NCBI GenBank assembly: GCA_964016885.1 | Contig: OZ024742.1 | Location: 197,532,001-197,596,000, forward strand | Direction: 5' to 3' | Source of the DNA: Eledone cirrhosa | Taxonomy: Eukaryota | Length of the DNA: 64,000 nt | In this document: one piece after another, positions 1-13,273 of the stretch | Layout: every line of letters starts with the position of its first letter | Position numbering within the stretch: position 1 is the stretch's first letter | The notes under the pieces: generated by a model | Seen by the model: the letters and a program-made list of their open reading frames with translations, nothing else | Databases searched by the model: none | What the model was told of the DNA's origin: nothing | Translations under genes and position numbers: made by a program

Positions 1-410
1 TGTAGTTTGGGACCACACATTGAAAACGTGTTCTGTTGTGGAGATCAGCTGCCCACTTGATGTAAACGTTGTCAGAAAAATACAGGAGAAGGAGGACATC
101 TACGGACCATTGATGAGGAGTTTACAAATCCAGTATCCAAGATACACCTTTAGCTTCATACCCATCATTATTGGTGCTACGGGTTATATACCAACCCGCT
201 TGGACCAAAGTATGACTGAACTTGGATTTGCGGACAAAAAGCGCAGCTCCCTAATTTATAGTCTACAAATAGCTGCGATAGCTGGCACCTTCAAAATTTG
301 CAAAACATTCTTGCGATTCAAGGGATGACAATTTCTTTTCTTTTACAACCTTGCCACCAGGAAGGTGGCCGGTCAAAAAAATATACTCGAAATTAAGAGA
401 AAGAGAAAAC
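1..410 (+). mobile_element. 3' end of a non-LTR retrotransposon with restriction-like (REL) endonuclease (R2/R4/NeSL-type), with (ACAT)n tail
   Basis: ORF 20-328 reads VVEISCPLD...QEKEDIYG...IPIIIGATG, the REL C-terminal motifs. The 3' UTR has a hairpin GCCACC-aggaa-GGTGGC and runs into ACATACAT. Confidence 0.8.
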
Positions 411-426
411 ATACATACGTACATGA

Positions 427-698
427 TGATGGCTTCCCCCTCGTTATCGAGTATGGCCATTGCACGAGAAAAAAATAATAATAATAACAATAATAATAAC
501 AATAACAACAATAACAATAACGTCAACAACAACAATAATAAATATACATATATATATATACACACACGCACACACAAATATTTCGATACACACACACACA
601 CACGATACCAATTAACAGCGCTGCGATAGAATGTGGATTTTTAGCCCAGCCAATGATCTAAAATGTCTCGCACAAAGTCGGCAACCAAAACATTCACT
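427..698 (-). mobile_element. 3' end of an RTE-like LINE (C-terminal zinc-finger remnant plus 3' stem-loop tail)
   Basis: The minus strand encodes CRLCARHFRSLAGLKIH then a stop at 612-614. The terminus GGCCATACTCGATAACGAGGGGGAAGCCATCAT is followed by a TGTA-type repeat. Confidence 0.6.
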
Positions 699-726
699 GT
701 ACATACGTACATATATACATACGTAT

Positions 727-1193
727 ATGGTGGCTGCCAACTCGTTTTCGAGTACGCCCACTACTTTATATCCATGTAGGAGAACCCCTACCGATGTGCT
801 GAACGAGTGTGACTTTTTAGTCCAGCCAGCGACTTGAAAACTCTGGTACAAATACTACACTTGTGGCAATTATTGTCACATAGTGCTGGGCCCATGGTGC
901 CATGTGACGACAAGTGCAGAGAGATCTCCAGATATAAAGCAATGCCTGTGCCGTGAAACTTTTATAGTGAGCAAAGGCACTACACAAAGCCAGTCCCACT
1001 ATCTTGACCAAGATGATATTTACCAAAAAGAAGAACAAGTCAACATCATTGGATACCATCAGGGTTGCAGATGTTATATCAGAGTTTTCCTTCTCCTAGA
1101 ATTCTGCCTTGACAAAAGCTAAGGGGTCATCTCTCCCGGTGATTTTGGATGGTCATTGACTCTTAAGAGGTCCTTTGCCCTTTGACAGGTTTT
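727..1193 (-). mobile_element. non-autonomous RTE-related retroelement, 5'-truncated copy 1
   Basis: Near-identical to 2120-2398, 2398-2772 and 42277-42889. Flanked by CATA-type repeats, with no credible protein. Confidence 0.75.
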
Positions 1194-1387
1194 ACATACG
1201 TACATACGTACATACGTACATACATACTGGAACAGTAAAAATATGTAAAACATTCCAAAAATTTTGCTTCTAATAACTGCATATACACATGTACAGATAC
1301 AAAGCATATACACATGCACACATACAACTCAAAACATACACATACAATAACATCCATATCTACACATGCATGCATGCATACATAATC

Positions 1388-1497
1388 TACCTAGTTGATG
1401 TTGTGTAAATTCTAATGAGAGAGTCTTGTGTCTATGTTAGAAAACGACTCTCTCTCTATTGGTGAAAAATTTGTGAAATTATAAAACCAGAAGAATA
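1388..1497 (+). mobile_element. short retroelement 3' end with hairpin and (ACAT)n tail; inverted copy at 2819-2930
   Basis: Hairpin GAGAGAGTC...GACTCTCTC followed by (ACAT)n. The reverse-complement copy at 2819-2930 abuts (TATG)n. Confidence 0.55.
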
Positions 1498-1556
1498 TAC
1501 ATCCATACATACATACATACATACATACATACATACATACATACATACATACATAC

Positions 1557-1860
1557 GGGCCATTGATGAGGAGTTTACAAATCCAGTATCCAAGATACAC
1601 CTTTAGCTTCATACCCATCATTATTGGAGCTACGGGTTATATACCAACCCGCTTAGACCAAAGTATGACTGAACTTGGATTTGCGGACAAAAAACGCAGC
1701 TCCCTAATTCATAGTCTACAAATGGCTGCGATAGCTGGCACCTTCAAAATTTGCAAAACATTCTTGCGATTCAAGGGATGACAATTTCTTTTCTTTTACA
1801 ACCTTGCCACCAGGAAGGTGGCCGGTCAAAATAATATACTCGAAATTAAGAGAAAGAGAC
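1557..1860 (+). mobile_element. second 5'-truncated copy of the REL-LINE 3' end, inside a (CATA)n tract
   Basis: ORF 1563-1781 is almost identical to 20-328. (ACAT)n lies on both sides (1500-1555, 1860-1907). Confidence 0.8.
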
Positions 1861-1914
1861 ACATACATACATACATACATACATACATACATACATACAT
1901 ACATACATGTACAT

Positions 1915-2035
1915 GGCGTCTGAGGATGAACAAACGTCCATCTATAATGTTCAAAACGTTGAGCTCTACAAAGGAATACAAATCTATCATATTTTATGTG
2001 AGTATACCTTCTATATTATTGCATTGTTTTATAAT
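1915..2035 (+). mobile_element. PLE pseudo-LTR remnant with decayed hammerhead motif
   Basis: CTGAGGA-T-gaaca...tgttc-AAAA-cgtt, where GAAA has mutated to AAAA. Confidence 0.45.
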
Positions 2036-2119
2036 ATTGTTTCTACTTTAGGCACAGGGCCAGCAATTATCAGTTCATTACTGGTACTTTATTGCATTTA
2101 TGTATGTATGTATGTATGT

Positions 2120-2772
2120 AAGAGAGTGGGACTGGCTTTGTGCAGTGCCTTTGCTCACTATAAAAGTTTCACGGCACAGGCATTGCTTTATATCTGGAGA
2201 TCTCTCTGCACTTGTCATTACATGGTACCATGGGCCCAGCACTATGTGTCAATAATTGTCACAAGTGTAGTGTTTGTACCAGAGTTTTCAAGTCGCTGGC
2301 TGGACTAAAAAGTCACACTTGTTCAGCGCATCGGTAGGGGTTCTCCTACATGGATATAAAGTAGTGGCCGTACTCGAAAACGAGTTGGCAGCCACCATTC
2401 TAGGAGAAGGAAAACTCTGATATAACACCTGCAACCCTGATGGTATCCAATGATGTTGACTTGTTCTTCTTTTTGGTAAATATCATCTTGGTTAAGAGAG
2501 TGGGACTGGCTTTGTGCAGTGCCTATACTCACTATAAAAGCTTCACGGCACATGCATTGCTTTATATCTGGAGATCTCTCTGCACTTGTCCTCACATGGT
2601 ACCATGGGCCCAGCACTATGTGTCAATAATTGTCACAAGTGTAGTGTTTGTACCAGAGCTTTCAAGTCGCTGGCAGGACTAAAAAGTCACACTTGTTCAG
2701 CGCATCGGTAGGGGTTCTCCTACATAGATATAAAGTAGTGGCTGTACTCGAAAACGAGTTGGCAGCCACCAT
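2120..2772 (+). mobile_element. two tandem 5'-truncated copies of the non-autonomous RTE-related element
   Basis: 2120-2398 and 2398-2772 both end in (GG)C[C/T]GTACTCGAAAACGAGTTGGCAGCCACCAT. The pair is flanked by (TATG)n. Confidence 0.75.
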
Positions 2773-3141
2773 GTATGTATGTATGTATGTATGTATGTAT
2801 GTATGTATGTATGTATGTATATTCTTCTGGTTTTATAATTTCACAAATTTGTCACCAATAGAGAGAGAGTCGGTTTCTAACATAGACACAAGACTCTCTC
2901 ATTGGAATTTACACAACATCAACTAGGTAGATATGTATGCATGCATTGTTTTATAATATTATCATCAGGACTGTCCTCTTTACAGATTGTATTGTATAAT
3001 GTTTTGTCCATAATATGATGTAGACTGTTGCCTGTAATAGATGAGAAAGCGGGCATGAGTGGACAGCAATCATATACATATGTATGTGTATGTATGTAGG
3101 TATATATATGTGTGTAAATACATATGTGAGTATATGTGTAG

Positions 3142-3179
<38 letters not shown>

Positions 3180-4011
3180 GTGTGTGTGTGTGCGCATGTA
3201 TGAGTATGTATGTGTGTATGTATGTATGTGATTATGTATGTGTATGTGGATGTATGTGCGTGCATGGGTGTGTGTATGTATGTGTATGTGGATATATGTG
3301 TTTATGTGTGTATGTGTGTGTATGCATGTGTATGTGGATGTATGTATGTGTAAATGTGTGGGTGTGCATACATTACTTCAATTCTGGGTCTCATATCAAG
3401 AAAAGAAAGAACTGTGGTGAAATCTATTGTTATTTCACTCTTCCCTTGATATTTTTTCATCTTCAAGTTAATTGAATTTTATTTATGTCTCCAGTAATAG
3501 AGGTGACAACCTTGGAATGAGACGTAAGTTTTCTAAACAACTGTGTTAGCAGTACAAACCTAACTTAATAATACTTCACTTAACGTTCCATTATAAAAGG
3601 GGAGGTCAGACCTCGTTGATTTTTCACAATTGAAAATGATGATGTAAGCAGGAAGAGAAAATATTGAAGTATAACCTCTTAGTTGTTTGATTGATACCGT
3701 TAAAAGTGGAAACGGCTGTGATGAGACATGGAATTAACTAGTGTAATTTATTTACTTTGTTGTCTGGCGTGATAAGATATGTTTGATATACTTTGTTGTC
3801 GATAAACAACCCCATTTAGCAGACGACATGCTGTTATCTATTCACAAAAAATGTTACTCAGTTAAGAGTATTTTAATTCAAAAGCTCTTAAATTATAACA
3901 AAATATTTGTATCGAGATGAATCAAAATATGTTAAAAAAATACGAATCTTTATTTTCTTTTTAAGCAAAGTAAATGTACTTGAGTACATGGGTACGCGCT
4001 TATACTATATG

Positions 4012-4076
<65 letters not shown>

Positions 4077-4242
4077 ATTAAAAAAATAATGAATAAAACA
4101 ATGAAACAGTTCCTTATATTAAACAAAAAAAGTTCATTATTTAACGATCGTTTCTAGGACATATATGTGTTAGAATTGGCATGCATATTCAACAGATCTA
4201 TGTACAAAATTATACAAAATTATACAAACTATATATATATAT

Positions 4243-4430
4243 ATATGAAAGAGTCGGGACCCCGACGGCTGAGCTCTTGCCGTTTCAACAGCTAGTTCCA
4301 CGAACTGTTGAAATAGCAAGAGCTCAGCCGTCGGGGTCCCGGCTCTTTCATATGACCAGACTCTACTACCCCAAGTATCGGGTACTCTGGTGAGTAATTA
4401 TCTAACCAGTTTCTTACTGTATCCATCTTG
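4243..4430. mobile_element. palindromic copy of the short half-hammerhead pLTR-like family
   Basis: Inverted repeat 4243-4353 with ~50-bp arms. Homologous to 23876-24013, 32266-32378, 56080-56221 and 56896-57093. Confidence 0.6.
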
Positions 4431-4493
4431 ATTTATATATATATATATTGTTATATACATACATTTATATATATATATACATATACATATAAA

Positions 4494-4619
<126 letters not shown>

Positions 4620-4671
4620 AAGAAGAAGAAGAAGTTGACGGACCGGGCGTATTTAACAATGGCAGGACCGG

Positions 4672-4722
<51 letters not shown>

Positions 4723-4735
4723 CATATATATATAC

Positions 4736-4817
<82 letters not shown>

Positions 4818-5852
4818 TTCACCCTTATATATATGGGGGCGGTGATATGTGCGGGCGGTCGTATTTTGACTGTGATATATTTTTCATTAAATGTATTTTG
4901 AACACTTGAAATCTGAGAGAAAAAAACTTCATTCAGAAAATTAATGTTTTTATTTTTTCAGAAGATCAACATAATTATTATGTTTTTGGGTTGCTATTTC
5001 AGTGAAAAGTAAGGTTGATAAACTTCCATCTTACGCTCCATAGAAGTGATGCACTCCTAAACAAAAGCATCTCAACCGAGGAACAGAAATGTAGAAATGT
5101 GATAATAATTAGCTTTAATATTTCATTGAAGTATTGAAGATAAGGATGTGGTATCATATTAAGAATATAAAGATAATTTCAAGTTATATCTTTAAGGAAG
5201 AAAGATTGGTTTGTCTATTGTCAGTTAACGATGTGAAAATCAGTGAATGTGAGAAAAGTAGAGAAATGCTTACAGTGGTAGTAGGTTGTTAAACAAATAC
5301 CTTTTGACCGGAAGTTTTGTCAGTGAACTAGTTTATAAAACACTTAATTAATTTCCGTGCGTTGGAGGAAGAATTTTTTCCACAAATTATTTCACCATTA
5401 AATAAATGAATAATATTTGCACCAGTCTTGGCAAAAATCCACTCATCAACTTTTAGCAGAAGGGATACTGTACCTGATGTTTATTTCTGTGTGCATTCCT
5501 TGATGAGCAAGTCGTAGAAACCCACCGGACGCCACACTGCAAAATATAATTTGACATGTTGTCAAAAAAAATATACATTATCCTGTAATTAAACATATAT
5601 CTACTATATGAAGGGGATAACTGGAAGGGAGGAGATATGCAAAGAAACGGTTCATAGAAGAGCAATAAAAAGAAATAAGTATGTGGAATGAAAGATGAAA
5701 TAGTAGCTGTAAACATGTGTTAAACCAGAAGGAAACATCTCTTATATTGTTCACTTTGATGAAGTCTCAAAATAGTTTTAAAAGTTCCGGAGTTGCACTT
5801 GTTTGGCATGTGATTTCATCTGAGATCTTTGGCTAGTGTTTCCTTGTTGGTT

Positions 5853-6370
5853 TACCAAACACTACTTTATATATAACATACACTGTAGTACCAAACACTA
5901 CTTTATAACATACTCTGTAGTACCAAACACTGCTTCAGCTATATAGTACACTGTAGTACTAAACACTGCTTCAGCTATATAGTACACTGTAGTACTAAAC
6001 ACTGCTTCAGCTATATAGTACATTGTAGTACTAAACGCTGCTTGGGCTATAGAGTACACTGTAGTACTAAACACTATTTTATCTATAACATACCTGTAAT
6101 ACCAATTAGTACTTCCTCTATAACATACTATGTTGTTATGAGGACTGTTTTATCTCTATAATACACCAAACAATACTTCGTCTATAACATAAATTGTAGT
6201 ACCAAGAACTGCTCTATCTATATAATACCCGGTAGTGCCTATAACATAGCCTGTAGTACCCAAAACTGTTTCTTCTATATAATACAGAGTAGAACCAAGC
6301 ATTCCTTCCCATATAACATACTCTGTAGTACAAAACATTGTTTTATCTATAACACATACTGTAGTATCGA
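5853..6370. repeat. 36-bp minisatellite, degenerating 3'-ward
   Basis: Unit TACACTGTAGTACTAAACACTGCTTCAGCTATATAG recurs at ~5947, 5983, 6019 and 6055. Confidence 0.85.
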
Positions 6371-6569
6371 ACGAGGATCATCTTGCATTCATCCATCCTG
6401 CTTTATGTTGCTGGGCTTTACAATATTCCTCAGATTCAACCATATCCCTTTCAAGAAACAATGGTCTCCACATTCCACTCCACCAATTTATTGCCAGTTT
6501 AATGGTATTTCAAGGTCAAGACCTATTTCATTTGATAACTAGTGTGTAGGCTATCTTCTATCAGAACAG

Positions 6570-6622
<53 letters not shown>

Positions 6623-6663
6623 CTATATATATATAGATAGATATATATAGATATATATATATA

Positions 6664-9600
6664 TCGTTATACTTTGGGAGGGTCATGTTGCCAATAAGAA
6701 ACACACGCACCAGTTGCTTTCACTCCAATTTATTATAAATTAAATTTATAAATTTAAGAATTTATAAATTTCCGGTTGGTTGGTTGGTTCCACAAACGGA
6801 CGGTTGTTCATATATTGTCAAAGTTCTTTCGTCACACATTCTGTGACCTCTTCAGTGACTGGGGATTCTTCTCTTTGTTTTGTGCCTCTCCTTTGTTCTG
6901 TCCTACGCCATCTTGTTTTTGTGTGTCTTGTGTGTTTCGTTTGCGCATGTGTTACATCCGGGTGTCTGTGTGTGTTTTTATTTGTTTATTTATTTGTTTA
7001 TTTACATGTTACTGGTTGCTGGTTTGTTCTATGTGTGTGTGTGTTTTCATTTTGTCCTTAATTATAAGTTGAGATGTTGCTATTCCACTCATATTTTCTA
7101 TTTAATTTTGGTTGGAGTTCATTTATGTTTATTGCTTCTGTGATTTGTCTAAACATTGCGTCTGTTCTGTGTGTAGATTCTATTTTTATTTCTATGTTCT
7201 CTAATTTGCCCTTATGTTCTATTTTAGCATATTGGTAGAGTACTGATGAATCTTTTCTATCTTGATGTTCTCGCCAGTGTTCATTTATCCGTTCTCCTAT
7301 ACTACTAGCTGTCTCACCTATGTACATTATATTCTTATTTTTACATTGTCCTTCAGTACATCTTATGCTATATACTACATTTCTAGTTTTACAGTTAATA
7401 TGGGGGCTTAATTTACTGATTATACATTTCTTACCTATACAGGGAGGTCTTTGAAAACGGTATATATTACTAATAAGTGTTTTTATGGAGGTACCTGGTC
7501 TTTCTACTATCTTAATATTTAGTTTAAGTTTATCTAGGGCCCTTCTAAATGTGTAAGCTAATTCACCTCTAGGGGTTGTATCGATGAACATTACACTCTG
7601 GTATTTATTGCTATCATACCATGAGTTTATTTTATTAACCTTATTCCTAGTTCTTTCTATTCTATTCCAAACTTTGCTCCTATACAAGGGGCAGGTCCCA
7701 TTTATATCATTATTCACCATTTTTCCCATTTAGTTCTGGCTCCCCTATATACTCTGATTTTATCTCTTTGATTGTAACCAGAGAACTGCATACGATGGAT
7801 GAAGTGTTGTATGTGTCTCTCTAGTTCTTTGGAGTTGCACATGCGTAACACGTTTCTCATCACCCGTACTAAATCCGCAATCAGTATGTTGATTTTGGTG
7901 TGATCCGAAACAGCTGAGTTTCGATGGATTAGATATTTGGAAGTCATGGGTTTGGCATAATGGGAATGGAGAATTTGTTTTTTGTTATTAATGGTTTCTA
8001 ACCAGAGCTCTGTGTCTAGTACAGGTAATCGAAGGTTGGGGTGTTTGCTTGGGTAGTCTATAGTAACTCTAATACTCTGGTGGATGGAATTAGCTATTTG
8101 CTGGATGCTTTCCATGGTGCTTTTCTCTAATTCCTGACTGTTCTCTAGTGGGGGTATTTTTACTACGATGTTTATGTCATCAACGTAGCAAGAGTACAAT
8201 ATCAGGGTTAAGAGGTTGCTGTCTACTAATTGTTCTTTAAGTTTAAGTTTAAGTTTATTGTCCCACCATACCATGAATAGGTTAGCTATGTCACCTGCAA
8301 TGCTAACACCAATGTCTGCTCCCTCCTCTTGGATATATGTTTTTCCATTACAATTGAACATATGTTCCTTAAGGGTTAGTTTTATACTGGCCCCCACCGC
8401 ATGTGCAATCATTTTCTTCAGTTCATCATGGTTTTCAGGGGTCCGTATGGCTCTGGTCCACCCGTTCCATCTTTATGTGTGGGTTTTCTTGGCCATTGAA
8501 GTAATGGTAGGTGGTCTGCCTCTTGCTGGCCTTGTGGGGCAGAGGTTGCTAAGGTCATACGTATCTAGATAATCATTACTATAGGTAAGTTTAAGTAGGA
8601 GTCCCAGCTCACTGGTATCAATCCCATGGAATTCAACATTGCTCTCACTGATCATTTCTACGCATTTCTCCACAACAAAATCCATGTCAATGGATGGTTA
8701 TAGGGACACAACATCCATACTACTTATTATACAGTCTGTTGGGTCCCTAGATCGGTTATTTTCATTGATTCTGCTGAGGAGGTCCTCCGTGCTGTTACAT
8801 ATATCCGGGGACATTTCAACGATGGGGTGTACGATCAGGGAGAGGAGGAAGTAGGAAAGTATGTAGTTACTAGCAATGTTAGCTCCACAGACTGGCCGTG
8901 TTGGTGGTCCTGTGACTGGGTCACTTTCGTCTTATAGTCTTTTAGAAGCCCATACAACGCATTGTTCCAGGCCTGGAAGTTGTTGGCAGTCCGTTTATTG
9001 GGCTGCATTATGTTTGTCCACATCATCATATGAGCATTGAGGGTTTTCTCCCTATTCTCATGCTCTTGTGGTGTTACTTCTCTTGTGTTAGTGATGTGGA
9101 GTTGCATTGCCTGGATGTAGTTTGGCAGACTGTCAACCGACATTCTGCCAGACTTGTCTGTTGGAAAGCATGCAAACTCCATTACGTGAGCGTTGCATGA
9201 GCTTCCGCAAGCCATTTGCAGATTTTTCTCCCAGTTGCTGGGCCTCCATTCTATTTTGCTTCTTGCTATACTGTTCTATAATATTTCTAAGTTTAGATCT
9301 AGCTATATTAAATTGTGCTTCTGTTTGTTCATCGACCTGCGACGGCAATTGCGTGCGTTTGTTAAAAGCTAAAGTCGTGGCGTGGACTTGTCGTAGGTCG
9401 AAGGACATATCGGAAGGATTATAAAAAGTAAAATTCCAGGCTACTGCTTTATGTGTACTATTGCTATTGTTATTGTTAGTTGTGTTGTTTCTATTTCTAT
9501 TTCCACCAACAGCCTCATGGTCGTTTCTATGTCTCATTATTACTCCTGTCTCTTTTCTCTGGCTCATTGTTATTATCTACTCTATTTTGTGTGTCTGTGT

Positions 9601-9880
9601 GTTCGTCCTGGTTATTTTCTCTGTCAGTATCGGTAGTCTCCCTTCTTATTTCAATCCAATTACCTTCCCTTACTGTCTTACTGTCACTACCTGTTTTCTG
9701 TGCCTGTGTGTCTGTTAAGATTGTGGTGGTCGTGAGAGGCATAGGATGTGTGGGTGTTGTTGTTGATGTGGATGTGTGTTGTTGTTGATGTGTGTTGCTG
9801 TTGATGTGTGTTGTTGTTGTTGTTGTCTCTGTGTATGTTGTTACTATTGTTGTGTGTGTTGTTGTTGTTAAATAGAACAT
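6664..9880 (-). mobile_element. Penelope-like element family A (RT plus C-terminal GIY-YIG, probably Nematis-like), frameshifted
   Basis: RT motifs PTDKSG, GADIGVSIAGDIANLFM, YVDD and LPVLD. GIY-YIG motif VVYSIRC...YIGET...RINEH...EA...P.LN in ORF 7058-7729. The 3' pLTR at 6664-7140 is inserted in (TA)n. Confidence 0.9.
6817..6859 (-). ncRNA. minimal type-I hammerhead ribozyme in the family A pLTR
   Basis: gtca-CTGAAGA-G-gtcaca(gaatg)tgtgac-GAAA-gaac-TT-tgac. Stems I and II pair and stem III is minimal. Confidence 0.75.
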
Positions 9881-9888
9881 AAGGGCAA

Positions 9889-10469
9889 ATTAGAGAAGAT
9901 AGAAATAAAAATAAAATCTACACACAGAAAAGACGCAATGTTTAAACAAATCACAGAAGCAATAAACATAAATGAACTCCAACCAAAATTAAATAGAAAA
10001 CATGAATGGAATAGCAATCACAACTTACAATTAAGGACAAAATGAAAACACACACACATAGAACAAACAACCAGCCAGTAACATGTAAATAAACAAATAA
10101 AAACACACACAGACACCCGGATGTAACACATGCGCAAACGAAACACACAAGACACACAAAAACAAGATGGTGTAGGACAGAACAAAGGAGAGGCACAAAA
10201 CAAAGAGAAGAATCCCCACTCACTGAAGAGGTCACAGAATGTGTGACGAAAGAACTTTGACAATATATGAACAACCGTCCGGTTGTGGAACCAACCAACC
10301 AACCGGAAATTTATAAATTCTTAAATTTATAAATTTAATTTATAATAAATTGGAGTGAAAGCAACTGGTGCGTGTGTTTCTTATTGGCAACATGACCGTC
10401 CGAAAGTATAACAATATCGGTTTCAACACACGTTTTCAGATAAAGAATCTTGCTAAACAAATTCAGAAA

Positions 10470-10472
<3 letters not shown>
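9889..10472 (+). mobile_element. inverted pseudo-LTR of PLE family A with ~60-nt terminal extension; HHR at 10219-10261
   Basis: Reverse complement of ~6664-7200, plus an extension ending TTCAGAAACG before (TA)n. Confidence 0.85.
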
Positions 10473-10543
<71 letters not shown>

Positions 10544-11069
10544 ATCTTCTATCAAAGCAGTATGTATCTCGTCTCTGTCATCCTAGCTGGTTATTTTGTG
10601 TATTCTGTCTCACTGCCTAGTTATAGTGTAGTCTACGAAATAAAAATGTTTCGAGTCTGGAAGGATTCAAGTCACATTTGTTTTTCCTTCTGTTTTAAGT
10701 AATACTGATACCCCTGTTGGGAGTATCAGTATTACTTGAGAAGTTATCCATTTAAGTTACACCCCTACAGTATTTGCCAATAACAGCTGGCCACCTCTCA
10801 GCAGGTCAACGATCTGATAACCAGAGATTTGCTGGTGGTAGTCGTTTTATACAACTCGATAGTATGGGTCGGGGACTAAATCGGCAACCCCACCAAGCTT
10901 TTTTAAAGGATTTTTTTACACACTATGGGGTGCAAATCAAAAGCTGACAAAAGGACAGATAAAATCAGTCATGTTAAACGGCTATTGAAGACGGACAGTG
11001 GGGGAAATCCATAGCATCATAGGTAGAGATACGTCACTCCGTGAATCTTTCCCCGTTCGTTGTTTGAGT

Positions 11070-11640
11070 GGCTGTAAGATCAAGATGTCTTGACCTTGCT
11101 CGCTCTAAATAATTCAGCTCACCATCCCTACTCCTTGCTACATTGACTGTAGGATCAATGTGTCTTGACGTGGCTCGCTCTAAATACTTCAGCTCATCAG
11201 CCCTACTTCTTGCTATATTGACTATAGGATCAAAACGTCTTGACCTTCCCCGCTTTGAATACTACAGCTCACAACCCCTACTCCTTGCTACATTGACTGT
11301 AGGATCAAGATGTCTTTACCTTCCTCGCTCTGAATACTACATCTCACAACCCCTATTCCTTGCTACATTGACTGTAGGATCAAGATGGCTTTACCTTGCT
11401 CGCTCTACATACTACATCTCACAGCCCCTACTCCTTGCTACAGTGACTGTAAGATCAATATGTCTTGACCTTGCTCACTCTAAATACTATAGCTCACCAG
11501 CCCTACTCCTTGCTACATCGACTGTAGGATCAATATGCCTTATCTTTGTTCGCTCTACATACCCTTTACACCTATTGCTACAATGGCTGTAGGACCAAAA
11601 TGTCTTGACCTGTTCTTCTTTACTCTAAATACTACAACCC
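11070..11640. repeat. 75-bp minisatellite, ~7.5 copies
   Basis: GACTGTAGGATCAA...CTACTCCTTGCTACATT starts at ~11145, 11220, 11295, 11370, 11445 and 11520. Confidence 0.9.
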
Positions 11641-11699
11641 ACCAACAGATTACTACAAACAAATATCTACAAAAGCTATCAACACTTAAATATTTAGTC

Positions 11700-11926
11700 T
11701 TATGAAACAATAGTTTCTGATTTAGACACAAAGCCAACAACCCTGGTGGGAGGGGAAAGTCAATTAGATTGGTCTCAATGCGTTACTGGTACTTTATTTT
11801 ATCGACTCCGTTAGGATGAAAGGCAAAGCTAACCTTGGTGGGGTTTGAACTCAGAACGTAAAGGGAAGTAACTCTATATGGCTAAGCATGTTGTCCGATG
11901 ATCTACCGATTCTGCCAATCCACCAC

Positions 11927-11971
<45 letters not shown>

Positions 11972-12375
11972 TGTTTCTACATTTGGCACAAAGCCAGCAA
12001 TTATCCCAGTGCATTACTGGTACTTTATTTTATCGACCTCGTAAGGAGGAAAGGCAAAGCTAACCACAGCGGGATTTGAACTCAGAACGTAAAGAGCCGT
12101 TTGATAAGTCAAAGGAACACTGGATTGATTTCCATCCGTGTTACCAATACTCCTGCTGATTGTCTTCCACTCTGAGAATTGTTTCTACTTTTGGCACAAG
12201 GCCAGCAATTAACCAGTACATTACTGGTACTTTATTTTAACGACCCCGTAAGGATGAAAGGCAAAGTTAACCTCGGCGGGATTAACTTTGCCTTTCATCT
12301 ATACAGGGTCGATAAAATAAAGTACCAGTAATGTACTGGTATAATTGCTGGCCTTGTGCCAAATGTTGAAACAAT
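11700..12375. mobile_element. cluster of tRNA-derived SINEs (Meta-domain-like core), including a head-to-head inverted pair at 12178-12375
   Basis: B-box GAGTTCAAA followed by TTTGCCTTTCATCC...GGTCGATAAAATAAAGTACCAG, the same family as 43204-43384. Confidence 0.75.
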
Positions 12376-12399
12376 TATTATTATTATTATTGTTGTTAT

Positions 12400-13231
12400 T
12401 ATTCTTTGAGTCTCAGTCATTGATGTTAGTTAACTGGAAAGTTTGTTAAAATGAATATCAAGCCACTACCTGCAGCCTCAGATATTCAGGACGTATCGGA
12501 AGGTTGTTGCTGTTTCCAGCAAGCATGCCTTTTGAAGCGTTCCAAAAAGCGTGCGGGGCCAATTTTCTTTAACCATCCCTAGAAACTTTTTGAGATAGTA
12601 CCTAGTGCGCCTATGACAATCGGGACCACTTTGACTTCATGGCAGTTCCAAATCCTTTTTACCCCCCACTTTAAGTCCTGGTATCGGTTAATTTTCTCCC
12701 TCTCCTTCTCTTGCACTCTCGTATCGAATGGGCAGGCCACATCCACAATCAGGCACGATCTTTTTTCTTTGTCCAAAACCACCAGGTCAGGTCTATTTAT
12801 TATTATTATTATTATTATTATTGTTATTCCTTGAATCTCAGTCATTGATGTTGGTTAACTGGAAAGTCCGTTGGATTGAATATCAAGCCACTACCTGCAG
12901 CCTCAGATATTCAGGACGTATCGGAGGGTTCTTGCTGTTCCAAGCAAGCATGCCTTTTGAAGCGTTCCAAAAAGCGTAAAGGGCCGATTTTCTTTAACCA
13001 TCCCTGGAAACTTTTGGAGATAGTCCCCAGTGCGCCTATGACAATCGGGATCACTTTGACTTCATGGCAGTTCCAAATCCTTTTCACCTCCCACTTTAGG
13101 TCCTGGTATCGGTTAATTTTCTCCCTCTCCTTCTCTTGCACTCTCGTGTCGAACGGGCAGGCCACATCCACAATCAGACACGATCTTTTTTCTTTGTCCA
13201 CAACCACCAGGTCAGGTCTATTGTGTTCCAG

Positions 13232-13233
<2 letters not shown>
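12400..13233 (-). mobile_element. two 5'-truncated 3' ends of the R4/Dong-like LINE in (TAA)n
   Basis: RPDLVV.DK...IVDVACP...EK..RY...[12 protein letters not shown] motifs in ORFs 12579-12845 and 12911-13468. Each copy is bounded by (TTA)n. Confidence 0.85.

Positions 13234-13272
<39 letters not shown>

Positions 13273-13273
<1 letters not shown>

Noticed and set aside
5853-6370. 36-bp repeats of CRISPR-like length
   Set aside because: The units are contiguous with no spacers, there are no cas genes, and the context is eukaryotic.
11143-11592. 149-aa repeat protein or CRISPR-like array
   Set aside because: It is a head-to-tail 75-bp minisatellite with no unique spacers, and the open frame follows from the unit length being a multiple of three.
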